Origin: Lophium mytilinum
Taxonomy: Eukaryota
Assembly: GCA_010093605.1 (NCBI GenBank)
Contig: MU004197.1
Coordinates: 806,001-870,000, forward strand
DNA length: 64,000 nt
Direction of reading: 5' to 3'
Positions within the stretch are counted from its first letter, which is position 1, and every line of letters starts with the position of its first letter. Positions 1-10,473 of the stretch are shown piece after piece. The notes under the pieces are model-generated. The model made no database searches, was not told where the DNA came from, and saw only the letters and a program-made list of their open reading frames with translations. Position numbers and translations under genes: made by a program.

Positions 1-169
1 AACCTGTTATCACCGATCTCGATTTGAGACGCCCGCCCACCCCGTTTCCATCATCCTTGAGCTCATGCCGAGCTTTTGAAGCTAAAGCAGAATGTCACCG
101 CAATCATGGTGAATATCAGATGGCATCTCTCATTTTATAGTTTCTACCAATCCCAATTACGCTTCAACC

Positions 170-946
170 TCAAGCTTCAGCATGCCATGTCTTCTCGACT
201 TCAATGGCGCTGATTCCAAAATCAGCCCAATCAAGCCTACTCCACTTCTCCGGATTCTCGGATGCCTCAACAAAGTGCTTCAGCGCCAGGACAGCTTGGC
301 TTGCCCATATCTCCGGGCTTACGCGGCCGACCCCGGTGGCCAGCGGCGTCATGAGAATGCTCTGAATCTCCTCCTCATCTGCCACTGACTCCCCCTCTTC
401 ATTCGCCTTCTCTTTAGCCTCCCTGACACCGCGGTTGTGGTTGTCAATCGCGCACAGCAGGCTCCAGATACACTCGTACACGACCTCGCGATCCCAAGTC
501 ACGTTACTGGGCCTCCGCATCGTAGGACACAGCGCGACGCGCTTCGTGCCCCAGCTCTTCCCGCTGCGGCTCCGCTCGTGGAACTCGTCCGGGATGCGCA
601 CCAAAGTGCAGGTCCCGGGAGGTGCGAACCCGCGCCATTGGCGGTACAACGTGGCCTGGGCAACGTGCGTGAGCGCCAGGTAGTCATCTTTGGGCGAGAG
701 GGCACGGGAGATCGCGTCGTCGAAGGCGCCGTCGAGGCGCCCGTACGAGTTGGCCGGCGACACGATGGTATCGAACTTGACGCTGGAAGGCAGCTGCGAG
801 AGCGAATAGTCATGGATTGAGACGGAAACGGATGAGGGGAGCTTGTGTTTCTCGCTTGCGGCTGAGAATGCCGAGCTGAAGCGCTCCTCCATGCATAGGA
901 GCTGGATCTGCGGGTAGTGCGAGGGTGTGCTGGAAGCCATGCCCAT
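170..946 (-). CDS. Macro-domain (ADP-ribose-binding / Appr-1''-phosphatase-like) protein
   Basis: Single-exon ORF with macrodomain motifs DTIVSPANSYGRLDGAFDDAI, CPTMRRP and MTPLATGVG. Start may be the ATG at 940. Confidence 0.8.
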   Translation of the reverse strand: MGMASSTPSHYPQIQLLCMEERFSSAFSAASEKHKLPSSVSVSIHDYSLSQLPSSVKFDTIVSPANSYGRLDGAFDDAISRALSPKDDYLALTHVAQATLYRQWRGFAPPGTCTLVRIPDEFHERSRSGKSWGTKRVALCPTMRRPSNVTWDREVVYECIWSLLCAIDNHNRGVREAKEKANEEGESVADEEEIQSILMTPLATGVGRVSPEIWASQAVLALKHFVEASENPEKWSRLDWADFGISAIEVEKTWHAEA

Positions 947-1957
947 GTGGTTGAGTATAATGTTTGGCAGTAGAGTAGAATACGTGACTTATAACGTGCA
1001 AGGCTTGACTCGCTGCGTGCTGCTTTATGCGTTGTGTTCAGCTAAGAGCTCATTGACAGATTGCCGGTAATGTGTGAATGGTGAGTGTGAGTTCGTGAGA
1101 CGGATTAGCAACAGTGCTTCATTCTTAACAAATGTGGAAGCCTAAAATGACGTGAAGAACAGATCGCAAGCAGATGCCTACGCCAAGCAAACGTAGGGGA
1201 ATGGATTGAGGGGTACAAAACTACCTAGCGCGTAGGACATTACAATAATGCGTGGTTTTGAAGACAACAACGACTTGGACAGGATTAGAATGAATTGCGA
1301 CGAATCTTTACTCGTCGTTCTGGACGGATTACTAATCTATGACCACGTGACCCTCCGAGCTCATTCCCCACTCCACGTCCCCGGTTCGACACAAACCATC
1401 AATGAGCACACCCCCATCAACCACCTGAAACTCAAGGTTAGCTGCCGCAGGGTCTTTGATCGTGGGCTTGATGTTGCGACCCAGTATCAGGTGCATATCC
1501 CGTAAGAGTAAGAGTGAACAGCTCTGTATTTTAGGTGGCACACGTAGGAGAAGATGTCACCTGCCTTAGAGTACATCTACCGGGCGAAGGAGTTATATTT
1601 CGCAACCAGCGCGATACACCTTCACATCGGAGAGAGAATAGTCAAGCCGGCGAAGGTGGAACAGCGGGAACCTGTGGACACGGAGAAGAAACCTGACTAG
1701 AGCCGCTCGGGCATCTATACAGCCAGGCATGTTAACGTGTTCTGTATTCCTGGTTAGCAGAGTACAGTAGGCGTCAGCCTCGAGGTGGCGGGTTCAAGTT
1801 GGCTGTCTATTGAGGGTCGACCTCCATGGATTAGCGACTTGTTGCTTCTCGACAAATCAGCAGTCTCACGCTTCTCAAGGGTGTTTTCTCAGTCTCGGAC
1901 TCTATTCGACAAGCAAACCTCCCATCGTCAAACAAGCTCAGGAAGCGACAACGAACA

Positions 1958-3820
1958 ATGGCCGAACAGCATACATCGCAAAGGGATTTCCCTGCCTATA
2001 CGGACCTTCCACTTGACTACATCAGGGTTGTGAGGATCTTGCCGGGCGCTGGAGAGAGCGATATCCATTGCCACATCAGCCTCGTCTCACTCAAGAAACA
2101 GCCCGATTACATCGCGTTGTCTTATGCCTGGGGTTCGCCGGAGAAAGAAGGATCATCAAATGCAAACGCAAGGACAACGAGAAAGAGGAAGGAAAGGGGG
2201 AAGACCCGTACCATCTACTTGAACGGGCACCCTCTGGGCCCGATACGCAAGAACCTATGGCGCTTTCTTAATCAAGCTCGAGAGCTCGCATCAACACTCA
2301 CCGACCTGCAGAGCGATTACTGGATTGATGCAATATGCATTGATCAGTCCCACCAGGAAGAACGAAAGCAGCAGGTTGGACTCATGCCGAGAATCTACGA
2401 GACAGCGAGAAAAGTGCTCATCTGGCTCGGCCCAACATACGACAACAGCAATGTCTCTTTGCGGGAACTCACCAGACCCATATTGTACTGGCGAGCGAAG
2501 AAAAATGTATTCAGCGTCTGGACCAAGCCAGCTGGCGCAGCTATTAGTAGCCTTTGTGGAAGGCCGTATTGGAGACGACTCTGGATATTCCAGAAAATCA
2601 TGCTTGCGCGCCAGATCGATATCATGTGTGGCGATGAGATAACCCCGTGGGGTCCTTTCCGCGACTTCCTTGTCGAGCTGAGCACTTTGACACCTCCTCC
2701 TCGCATCCAGGATGCGATCGAGTACCAGAACGTTCGAAATAGCCCTGCAATGGCCATCGTCAAGCAGACTGCGAAGAGGCCCCTCGATGCTACGGAACGC
2801 CTCGGCCGGACTCTGTGGAACCTGATGAGCGCAACGGAGGGTCTTCACTGCGCCGAACCGCGCGACAGGGTCTATGCGCTTCTGGGTGTTGCACAAGCAG
2901 GACACACGAATATCATCGCTGACTATTCCATGTCTATCACGACCCTTCTTAATCTTGTTCTGAAGAAACAGCATGAAGTCGAGCCTCCCTGCAACTTGGA
3001 AGAGGTTGCTAGCCAATGTCGTTATCTTGAAAGATTACTACACATAGAGGCCCATTCGCTGGTCACACTCGAAGGTCTGTCGGAATTAGAAGATCGGCTG
3101 CATTGCCCAGGATTCCTTCACAGCCCCGTATTCAACCTTAATCTACCTCAAAACTATACAACACTCGGGTGGGCCTCGCTCTATGGCCACGACGCGGTGA
3201 AGCGATTGCTGTTTGACCCCGCTCCAGCTGAGTTTGGCTTTGATGAATGGCGTTTGAGTAACATGCTGTTCAAGTCTGCTCAAGACGGAAACGAGGCGCT
3301 ACTGTCGGAGCTGCTCATATGGCATAATCAATACATTCCCGGATCGGTGGACTATGACGACATTAACACACCGCTGCAGTGGGCCGCAGAGAATGGGCAC
3401 AAGATGATGACGAGCTTTCTGCTTGAATCACCAGAGATCAACATCGACTCAGTCTCCAGGTATCCAGTCTCCGGGTATCTTATTGAGAGATTGAAATCAC
3501 CGCTGCTGCTGGCCGCGGCAAATGGACACGACGCGATTGTGAAAATGCTGATGCACAGAGCCGATCTCAACCGTAGAGATCGGGACGGCCGCACGCCGCT
3601 ATGGGCGGCTGCGGCAAGTGGGGATGATGCTATTGTCAACCTACTACTCGACACTGGCAAGGTCAATATCGACTCATTCGACTACGAGGGTTTGACACCA
3701 CTATCAGGGGCTGTATTGTACGGCAGGGATTCAACAGTCAAGCTGTTACTCGACCGTGGAGCAAACCTCCAACTACTTCGATTTAAAATACGATGTCAAG
3801 AGGATAGGGAAAACGATTGA
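1958..3820 (+). CDS. HET-domain protein with C-terminal ankyrin repeats
   Basis: HET motifs YIALSYAWG, WIDAICIDQ, QVGLMPRIYETA, YWRRLWIFQ and PRDRVYALLG. Ankyrin repeats TPLQWAAENGH, SPLLLAAANGHDAIVKMLM, GRTPLWAAAASG and GLTPLSGAV. Confidence 0.9.
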   Translation: MAEQHTSQRDFPAYTDLPLDYIRVVRILPGAGESDIHCHISLVSLKKQPDYIALSYAWGSPEKEGSSNANARTTRKRKERGKTRTIYLNGHPLGPIRKNLWRFLNQARELASTLTDLQSDYWIDAICIDQSHQEERKQQVGLMPRIYETARKVLIWLGPTYDNSNVSLRELTRPILYWRAKKNVFSVWTKPAGAAISSLCGRPYWRRLWIFQKIMLARQIDIMCGDEITPWGPFRDFLVELSTLTPPPRIQDAIEYQNVRNSPAMAIVKQTAKRPLDATERLGRTLWNLMSATEGLHCAEPRDRVYALLGVAQAGHTNIIADYSMSITTLLNLVLKKQHEVEPPCNLEEVASQCRYLERLLHIEAHSLVTLEGLSELEDRLHCPGFLHSPVFNLNLPQNYTTLGWASLYGHDAVKRLLFDPAPAEFGFDEWRLSNMLFKSAQDGNEALLSELLIWHNQYIPGSVDYDDINTPLQWAAENGHKMMTSFLLESPEINIDSVSRYPVSGYLIERLKSPLLLAAANGHDAIVKMLMHRADLNRRDRDGRTPLWAAAASGDDAIVNLLLDTGKVNIDSFDYEGLTPLSGAVLYGRDSTVKLLLDRGANLQLLRFKIRCQEDREND

Positions 3821-4501
3821 CCAGCGCAGGCCCTTTTCATCACCGCGGCCGCAAGCGTCATGCTCCAACGCGACAGACTTGGTGCTCTTGTATGAGGACA
3901 AGTGCGGCTTTTTGAAAACGTCCCGATGTCAGTTGCGGCCGAGCTTAGGAGTTGGATCGTGCTGAGGCGTGGATCTAAATTAGCTCTACTCCATAAGGGT
4001 AGGTGTATGCTACTGGGGCGCTTCTTGTCGGAGAGGAGTTGAGTGGCAGAGTATAACTTGAAAATTAGTATATCGCATTTTTTGCTAATTTTAATCGCCG
4101 CGCTGTCAATGATAGGGGAGACCTAGGGTAGCAGGCAGCACGGTCTTAAAGAGGGTAATAATAGTTCAAGGGATAGACAGAAGATATATAAAGAACGAAT
4201 AAGAAGAGGAATAATAATATATCTAAAGGGTAGCTTGGAAAAATACTAAATGAATTAGGGTATGTAGAAACTGCCTCCGCCACGCTACACCTAGAATACA
4301 CGAAGAAAGAGGGGTGGAGGGGTAATTAAGGCTAGGCAACAGGGACGCCAGGCACCAGGCACACTGGTTAATAGATTCACTATCGTCACGCCGTGGAAAT
4401 ACGCATCACTTTCCAAGTCTTGCACGCCGTCCCCGTGCAAGCGCAGCAGCTGCTCAACTTGCATATCACGACAATCATCCGCATACATCAGTCACGCAAC
4501 C

Positions 4502-5359
4502 ATGGGTGAACCAAGTAGCTATGGCGGCGGCGCCGCCACGTCTGGGGCACCTTACGAGTCTGCCCGAGAGTTCACCATGCTTGGTATTATTTCCCCTTTA
4601 CCACGAGAGATCCTCCATCCAGGTTCCTCCACACAGACCTTGAACTGATAGCTTTCAGAAAACAACCCGGAAGTTATGAACGAACTCGCTCACAAGCTTG
4701 GCGTTTCAAACGAGCTTGCCTTCCACGATGTCTATTCTCTCTATGAAAGCGACATGCTGGCCATGGTTCCACGTCCCGTCTTCGCTCTATTAACCACGAT
4801 TCCCATGACAGAAGTTTGGAAGCAAGACCGCGATGCAGAGGATTCTAGCCTCGAATGGTACAAGGGTGCCGGCTCAGAGGAACCGGCAATCTGGTTTCAG
4901 CAGACCATCATTCACGGCTGCGGGCTCATAGGTCTTCTTCATTGTGTCTCCAATGGGACTCCTTTGGAGATGGTTGTACCCGGAAGTAAGTTGGCCGACT
5001 TTCTGAAGGAAGTGGTGCCTCTTGGAATGGATGAGAGAGCAAAATTCCTGCGCGAATCAGACTTCATGTATGAGGCCAGTGAATCTGTTGCGAAACGAGG
5101 TGATTCGAACCTCCTGACGCCTGGTGACGAGGGTGATATCAACCACTTTGTAGCGCTGGTGAAGGGTGCTGATGGGAATCTGTGGGAGCTCGAGGGAGCG
5201 AGGAAAGGACCACTCAACAGAGGAGCCTTAGCGGAGGATGAAGATGCTCTCAGTGAGCGGGCACTGGAGCTGGGCATCAGGCGTCTCATTGAGATGCAGC
5301 GAAAGGCTGGTGTCGATCTACCTTTCTCTTGCATTGCTCTCGGTCCTAGGGTCAATTGA
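4502..5359 (+). CDS. Ubiquitin C-terminal hydrolase (peptidase C12, UCH-L3/Yuh1-like), divergent paralog; exons 4502-4583 and 4659-5359
   Basis: Splicing the GT-AG intron 4584-4658 restores FTML-ENNPEVM. Catalytic region QQTIIHGCG, NHFVALVK, LWELEG. Confidence 0.85.
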
Positions 5360-6429
5360 TCACGAGCGAAAAGCATGTACTTTGGTAAACTGCCTTATTA
5401 GAGCCATGGATAGGCCAATGGGAGTTTCAACACCACCAACGGCGATCTTCTAATGCTGGATGCTGTTGTTACAGCCTTCTGCCATCAGCCTATCCTATTT
5501 TGCCGGAGAGAAAAGTATAGTGGTCAAGAAGTTCTCGGTCAATCTACCGATCCTTGATTAAATGAAAATGAACGAAAGTAATGAAGTCAATCCAGGGTGT
5601 TCTTTACGAAGCTATCGACTTTTTTTGTCAGACGCAGAAGGAAACAATGCCGCTAATATCGAAAGGCTAAGGACCCACAACCTTTCGACTCATGACCCTT
5701 CCTATACTCCTTCACAAGCAGCATCACTGGATCCAGGCCAACGCAGTGGAAATTAGACTACCTTATGACGAAGGTGTCACATTCAACATGGGGCACCCCT
5801 CACAGTGGTGTCAGTCGGGCAAGAGTAGAGCCAGAGCTGTGAGATATCCACGTGCCCAAACTTATGACCTGGTACTGTATCAAGACATGAGGCCCGGCAG
5901 CACAAATTCTCTATTCATATTACCCCTCTACCTTCGTGTGAGGGATAATAAGCGAGACCGAACAATCCCATTGCCGCTCTCTCGGATTACGGTCGTCCTG
6001 TCGAGCTGTTAGACAATTATGCAACCGTTCAAGCCACCTTCACTTACCTTTTACTGCTCTCCGGTAGAAGGATATGCATGCAGCCACCACCGGGCCCATT
6101 GCAGTGACCCTTTTCTTCTCACCATACTCCATGACTTCTTCATAACTCCTCGATTCGACTTGATTTTCCCTTTGCCCCTTATCGTTTACCAACGCCCGTA
6201 TCGGACCGTCCATTGTCTACATAGGCGGCTAATATTGTCAGCACTAGTGAGGCTCGAAATCCTGAGGTTCCTCACCGAAAACACAAACAGTCAACCAGGC
6301 GGATCCTTAGCTACAGTTGGGAGTTTGATCGCGCTTTTGTCATCTTTTCTACTTGAGGTCTTGTTTCGATTTACCAGACATGAATGTACTAAAGCTCAAA
6401 ATGTCAGGTGCAGTAGAAGTGGTGGCCTT

Positions 6430-8953
6430 TTACTTCGACGAAACTCCCCGTTCGGCACCCGCTGAAATGAGACAGCTGACAATGGCTGCATGACGCGATT
6501 TCGACCAAGGCAATTTACGGCTTAGATTGATATCTGCATAATCCAAAGCGGTTTTCCCAGTAATGTCCTTTGCATTGATCAACTTGTCGTGCCAGGGAAG
6601 TCCAAGAAGGAACGTAATAGCATCGACACTTCCTTTACGAGCGGCAACATGAAACAGCGTCTGCCCTTGCGCTCCGAGGGCAAGGGGATCGTGAGGTTGC
6701 GCTCCTGCTTCAAGGAGGAACTTCATAGCCACCGTACTGTTATCGCTCAAGCCTGCCGCGAACATCAGGATTGATTGGCCTCCAGATTGCGGATAAATCT
6801 CATTTGGATTGGCTCCAGCGTCTAGGAGCACTTTCGTGATCTCGAAGTTTGAATTCTTCAAAGATTTGCCCAAAGGACTGCCCCTCTCGCCCTCAACGCC
6901 AGCAAAGGCAGCGAGAAGGGCTATCATGGGCAAACCGAGTCTGGTTTCCTGCCAGGTAGGGGTCACCCCCCGTCCCGCAGACCTCATCACCGCCATTATG
7001 GGCGTGTAGCTTGTGGGCTTGTTGCTTCGGAGCCCTATTGGCATGATCCTCCGAGTTTCAGGGATGCTCCTCCGAATTTCAGGGATGCTGAGCCCATTGT
7101 ATAAGAATAGATGAATCAAAGAGAGAAGATCGGCCAACTGGGAACTTAGAACCCGCTTAGCCAAATCAGGGTGGACTCTTCCAATATATTCCATGAAAAC
7201 AGTACTACTCCAAATGGCTATCTGAAGTTGTGTAGGATCATTCCAGTGGCGATCATTGATATGAGGAAGTTCGCCTTCTAAGTTTGTAGGAGGCCATCGG
7301 TTGAATTTGATCCCTTCTAGAAGCTTACCATAGAGAGGGGCCTGAAAGTGCGACGGCTTGGCAGAGACGCCGGTTGTAGTGCCCGAGATGGACTCTGGTG
7401 GGGTTTCAAGGAGAACATCCCGCCGCGGCGTGAAACTTCCTCGTTCAACGCGTTTCTCGGTCATATCGGTCCTGCTTGACAAAGAAGATTTCCGCGAGTC
7501 AGACTCCGCACGCCCATGAGGATAAGAAGCATCCTCTTTCAGCTGCCGATAAATATCGTTCAAAGAGTCGACTCTAGAATTCTCGTCAAGCGAGCTGGGA
7601 TATGGGGGGGATCCGGGGAGGTCAATCACGAAGCCATCATCAGTAACATCCTCGGAGATGCAGCATTGACCGCAATAAGGATTTGATGAATCAACATCTC
7701 GACTCTGAAATGTCGAGATGATGTGGTAGATCTCCGCGGCATCTGGCCGGTCACCAGGTGTCAGAGAGAGCATGCCCTCTATGAGTTCTGAGATGGTCGG
7801 ACCTATTTTCTTGGGTCTGGGTTCTTGAAGACGCGAGCGGATCCAAGTGTATGCCGTTTCAGTATTCTTGTGGAAGGCCGTCGTTCCTGAACTACTGCGG
7901 AAAGTGGTTTTGAGGTCTTCAATCCTGAGTCCTCTTTTGACTACGAGTATTTCCATGAAAACACACCCGAGAGACCAAATGTCAGTCCTTGAGTTTCGTT
8001 TCTGATCGGGGTCGAGAACCTCCGGGGCGCAATAGTTGTAGGTCAGTCCAGACGCTTCATCAGTAGTGCTCCTCGAGAGCTGTTGCCAATCAAGGGAGAT
8101 GCCGAAATCTGTGAGATAGACTCCGGCCCCTTTGACGAGAATGTTGTCTGGTTTGATGTCGCGATGGCGAATTTGATTCTGATGTAGGTAATGTAGAGCG
8201 CTAGCAAGGCATCCGAAGAAAGTTCCTAGGGTGATTCTGTGACGGACATGCTGCTCCGAGCTGGCAAGGAAGTCGGTCAGGCTGTGTTCTGCTACGGGAA
8301 CCATGAGCACGCCGAAGTATCTTCTGTCAGTGTAGCTTCCAACCTACACAAATCTGTCAGCGGGTTTTCATATTGAAAAGCGGTAAACTTACAAAGCGAA
8401 CGCAATGTTCATGATCAATACGCTTCATGATGTTCAATTCGTTCTCGAATTCTTTCAAAATGCTCCTCGAATTAGGTCCAAGGCGCTTCTGGAAGCGCTT
8501 TCGGGCAAAAAGGTTTCCGCTTAGCGTGCTGCGCACTCGGTCGACTGCATTTCGTCCCGTTCCCAGCTTTCCAGTTGACTGGTACGGCAAATCTCTGTCT
8601 TCAATGTGCAGATCAACATATTTTCCTTTCCCGAATCCTTTCTCGAGAACAACAGCTTCGGTCAAAACCGAACTCTGCCTTTCGAGGAATGTCTCTGCGC
8701 ATGAACGCAACGCCCTTGGGAGAGAGGAAGGGGTGGGAAAGGGCAAACATATGTCGTTGAAACCCAGGCGAACGAAGTCTTCCATGGCGCTGACTTGGTC
8801 GAGAAGACGACAAAGGATGTAAAGTCTCGGTCGTTTCGCCCACTCGGAGAAGCCTTCATCCTCCAGAAGAGCTGATAACTCCACGCAGTCTCCGTCAGTG
8901 TAGGTATAACCACCGACCTTCTCGGGTGCGAAGTAGTCTGCTAAGGACAGCAT
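6430..8953 (-). CDS. Ser/Thr protein kinase with C-terminal ankyrin repeats; exons 8953-8393 and 8343-6430
   Basis: Kinase motifs GKLGTG, FARKRF, HRDIKPDNIL, TDFG, YCAPE and DIWSLG. Intron 8344-8392 (GTAAGT...CTGAC...TAG) joins CVRF to VGSYTD. Ankyrin-like C-terminus LLDAGANPN, TLFHVAARKG, GKTALDYA. Confidence 0.88.
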
Positions 8954-9734
8954 AGTAATGCGTTTGGGATGAATCTGCGCATGCGGTTCAGTGAACGGTG
9001 GAGTAGAGCATGGCGATGAGGGGAAAGTTGCAGGCCAAGCTGCGAGGCTACGAGGCTGAAGATTTGGGGGTGACGCAAAATAATCAGCCTTCTTATCTGA
9101 AGTTTTCGTGATTGGCTCATGAGGCAAGGCTACTTGATCAAACTTACAATCTTGCAGCGCGCTTTACTTTTATGAACTCCCAGTTCACCTAAACATCACA
9201 CTAATGGGACTTCGAAAGGAGTGTCGAATGCGTCGCTGGGAAAATTGGAATTGAAAAAGAGCTTGCTGAATCAATCGAGTTCCATGACCCATAGAGTGAG
9301 CGAGATGCCATCTTGATAGCGAATGATTTGTGCAAACTCCTTGATAGCTTAGATGAACATGCGCTTGGGCCATGACGTTTGTTACGCTACGCGCCTACTG
9401 ACATCTCCCTTTACTCAGGTGAAAAACAGGGGACACCTCTCTTCCAAGGCGCAGACATCCTCGTAAGTATGAAAACTAGGAGCGAGTTTATCCATTGCTT
9501 CTAACATAACGTTGTTGGTGATCGCTCGTGTTCCGGTTGGTGGGTCGTGATGCTAGGTACTTCATAAGGAGACACGGAGATTGCGCCAAGGCACCCACCC
9601 CCATCCTACCTACCCAGTGATTTAGATCCGCCTGCGAGCACATTGGAGCCTTTACCAATCCAAACGAAAAAGAAGACGGAACGTGATAAGAAGAGATCAG
9701 CACGAGTAAATAAGAAAACTTGAGGACAAAAACC

Positions 9735-9741
9735 AAAAAAA
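9735..9741 (-). terminator. Pol III oligo-T terminator of tRNA-Ser
   Basis: TTTTTTT on the minus strand about 12 nt after the tRNA 3' end, followed by a further T-run. Confidence 0.7.
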
Positions 9742-9752
9742 TTAATCATGTA

Positions 9753-9884
9753 CGACACCTCTGGGGATCGAACCCAGGCTCCCTGAGGATTGTTAGTGAC
9801 CTGATTGGACATCAAGATTTGGGGAAGCCGTACCGAAGGAACGGGCTTAGCAGGCCCGCGCGTTAACCACTCCGCCAAAGTGCC
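9753..9884 (-). tRNA. tRNA-Ser(GCT) interrupted by a 51-nt GT-AG intron-like insertion (9783-9833) in the variable arm
   Basis: Minus strand: GGCACTT TG GCG-GAGTGGTTAA-CGC G CGGGC-CTGCTAA-GCCCG TTCC-TTCG [insert] GGAG C CTGGG-TTCGATC-CCCAG AGGTGTC G. All stems pair, discriminator is G, mature length 81 nt, T7 run downstream. Confidence 0.9.
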
Positions 9885-10473
9885 TGTTTGATGGACGGTA
9901 GCGGAAAATGTTGCAATATATAGTTTATTCAGAAGAGCTAATAGGCGAGATTTGACATCGGCTGCGGGCAAAGGCTTGGCAAGCATGCATGACCTCGGGA
10001 TTACAACTCCACCATCACAACTTGTTACCTGGAAACTGCACATTTCACGCGAGCAAAGGGCCCCGGATAGATGCCGGCTTATTCTGAGTCACGCAAAACC
10101 CTTGTTCAATATTACTGTTATCGAAAATCGGTCCTCCTACATTCCCACTGTTACTAATTATAGGACTAGGGGTGCGTTCAACGAATATTCGACACTTCAC
10201 GTAACATTCGCATAGAAAAGCCTTTGGTTTACTCTCGACAGTCTTTCGCTAAGCCCTCTGGTGCCAAATGCCGGTTTAATTGACGATATGGTAGTGTTGT
10301 TTGCTTCCTTTCGATGGTAAATTTCACGAGCGCAAGGGTATTCATCAGACCAAACACTTCCATTAACATTAGGGTATCAGAATTACTTTCACGTATATAC
10401 ACATCGCAGCTTGAAAACAGACAGCCAACCCCATCTTTCAGATTCCCATCACATCGCCGCCCATTCAAAGTTC

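Noticed and set aside
9783..9833. Canonical SEN-type tRNA intron or transposon insertion as the explanation for the tRNA-Ser insert
   Set aside because: It is not at position 37/38, shows no TIRs or target-site duplication, and I see no clear bulge-helix-bulge. The GT/branch/AG signals fit better, though this is untested.
9606..10043. 145-aa minus-strand ORF spanning the tRNA-Ser (a possible host mRNA for the intron)
   Set aside because: Non-ATG start and no protein-like features; the sequence is explained by the tRNA. A Pol II host transcript cannot be excluded without RNA data.
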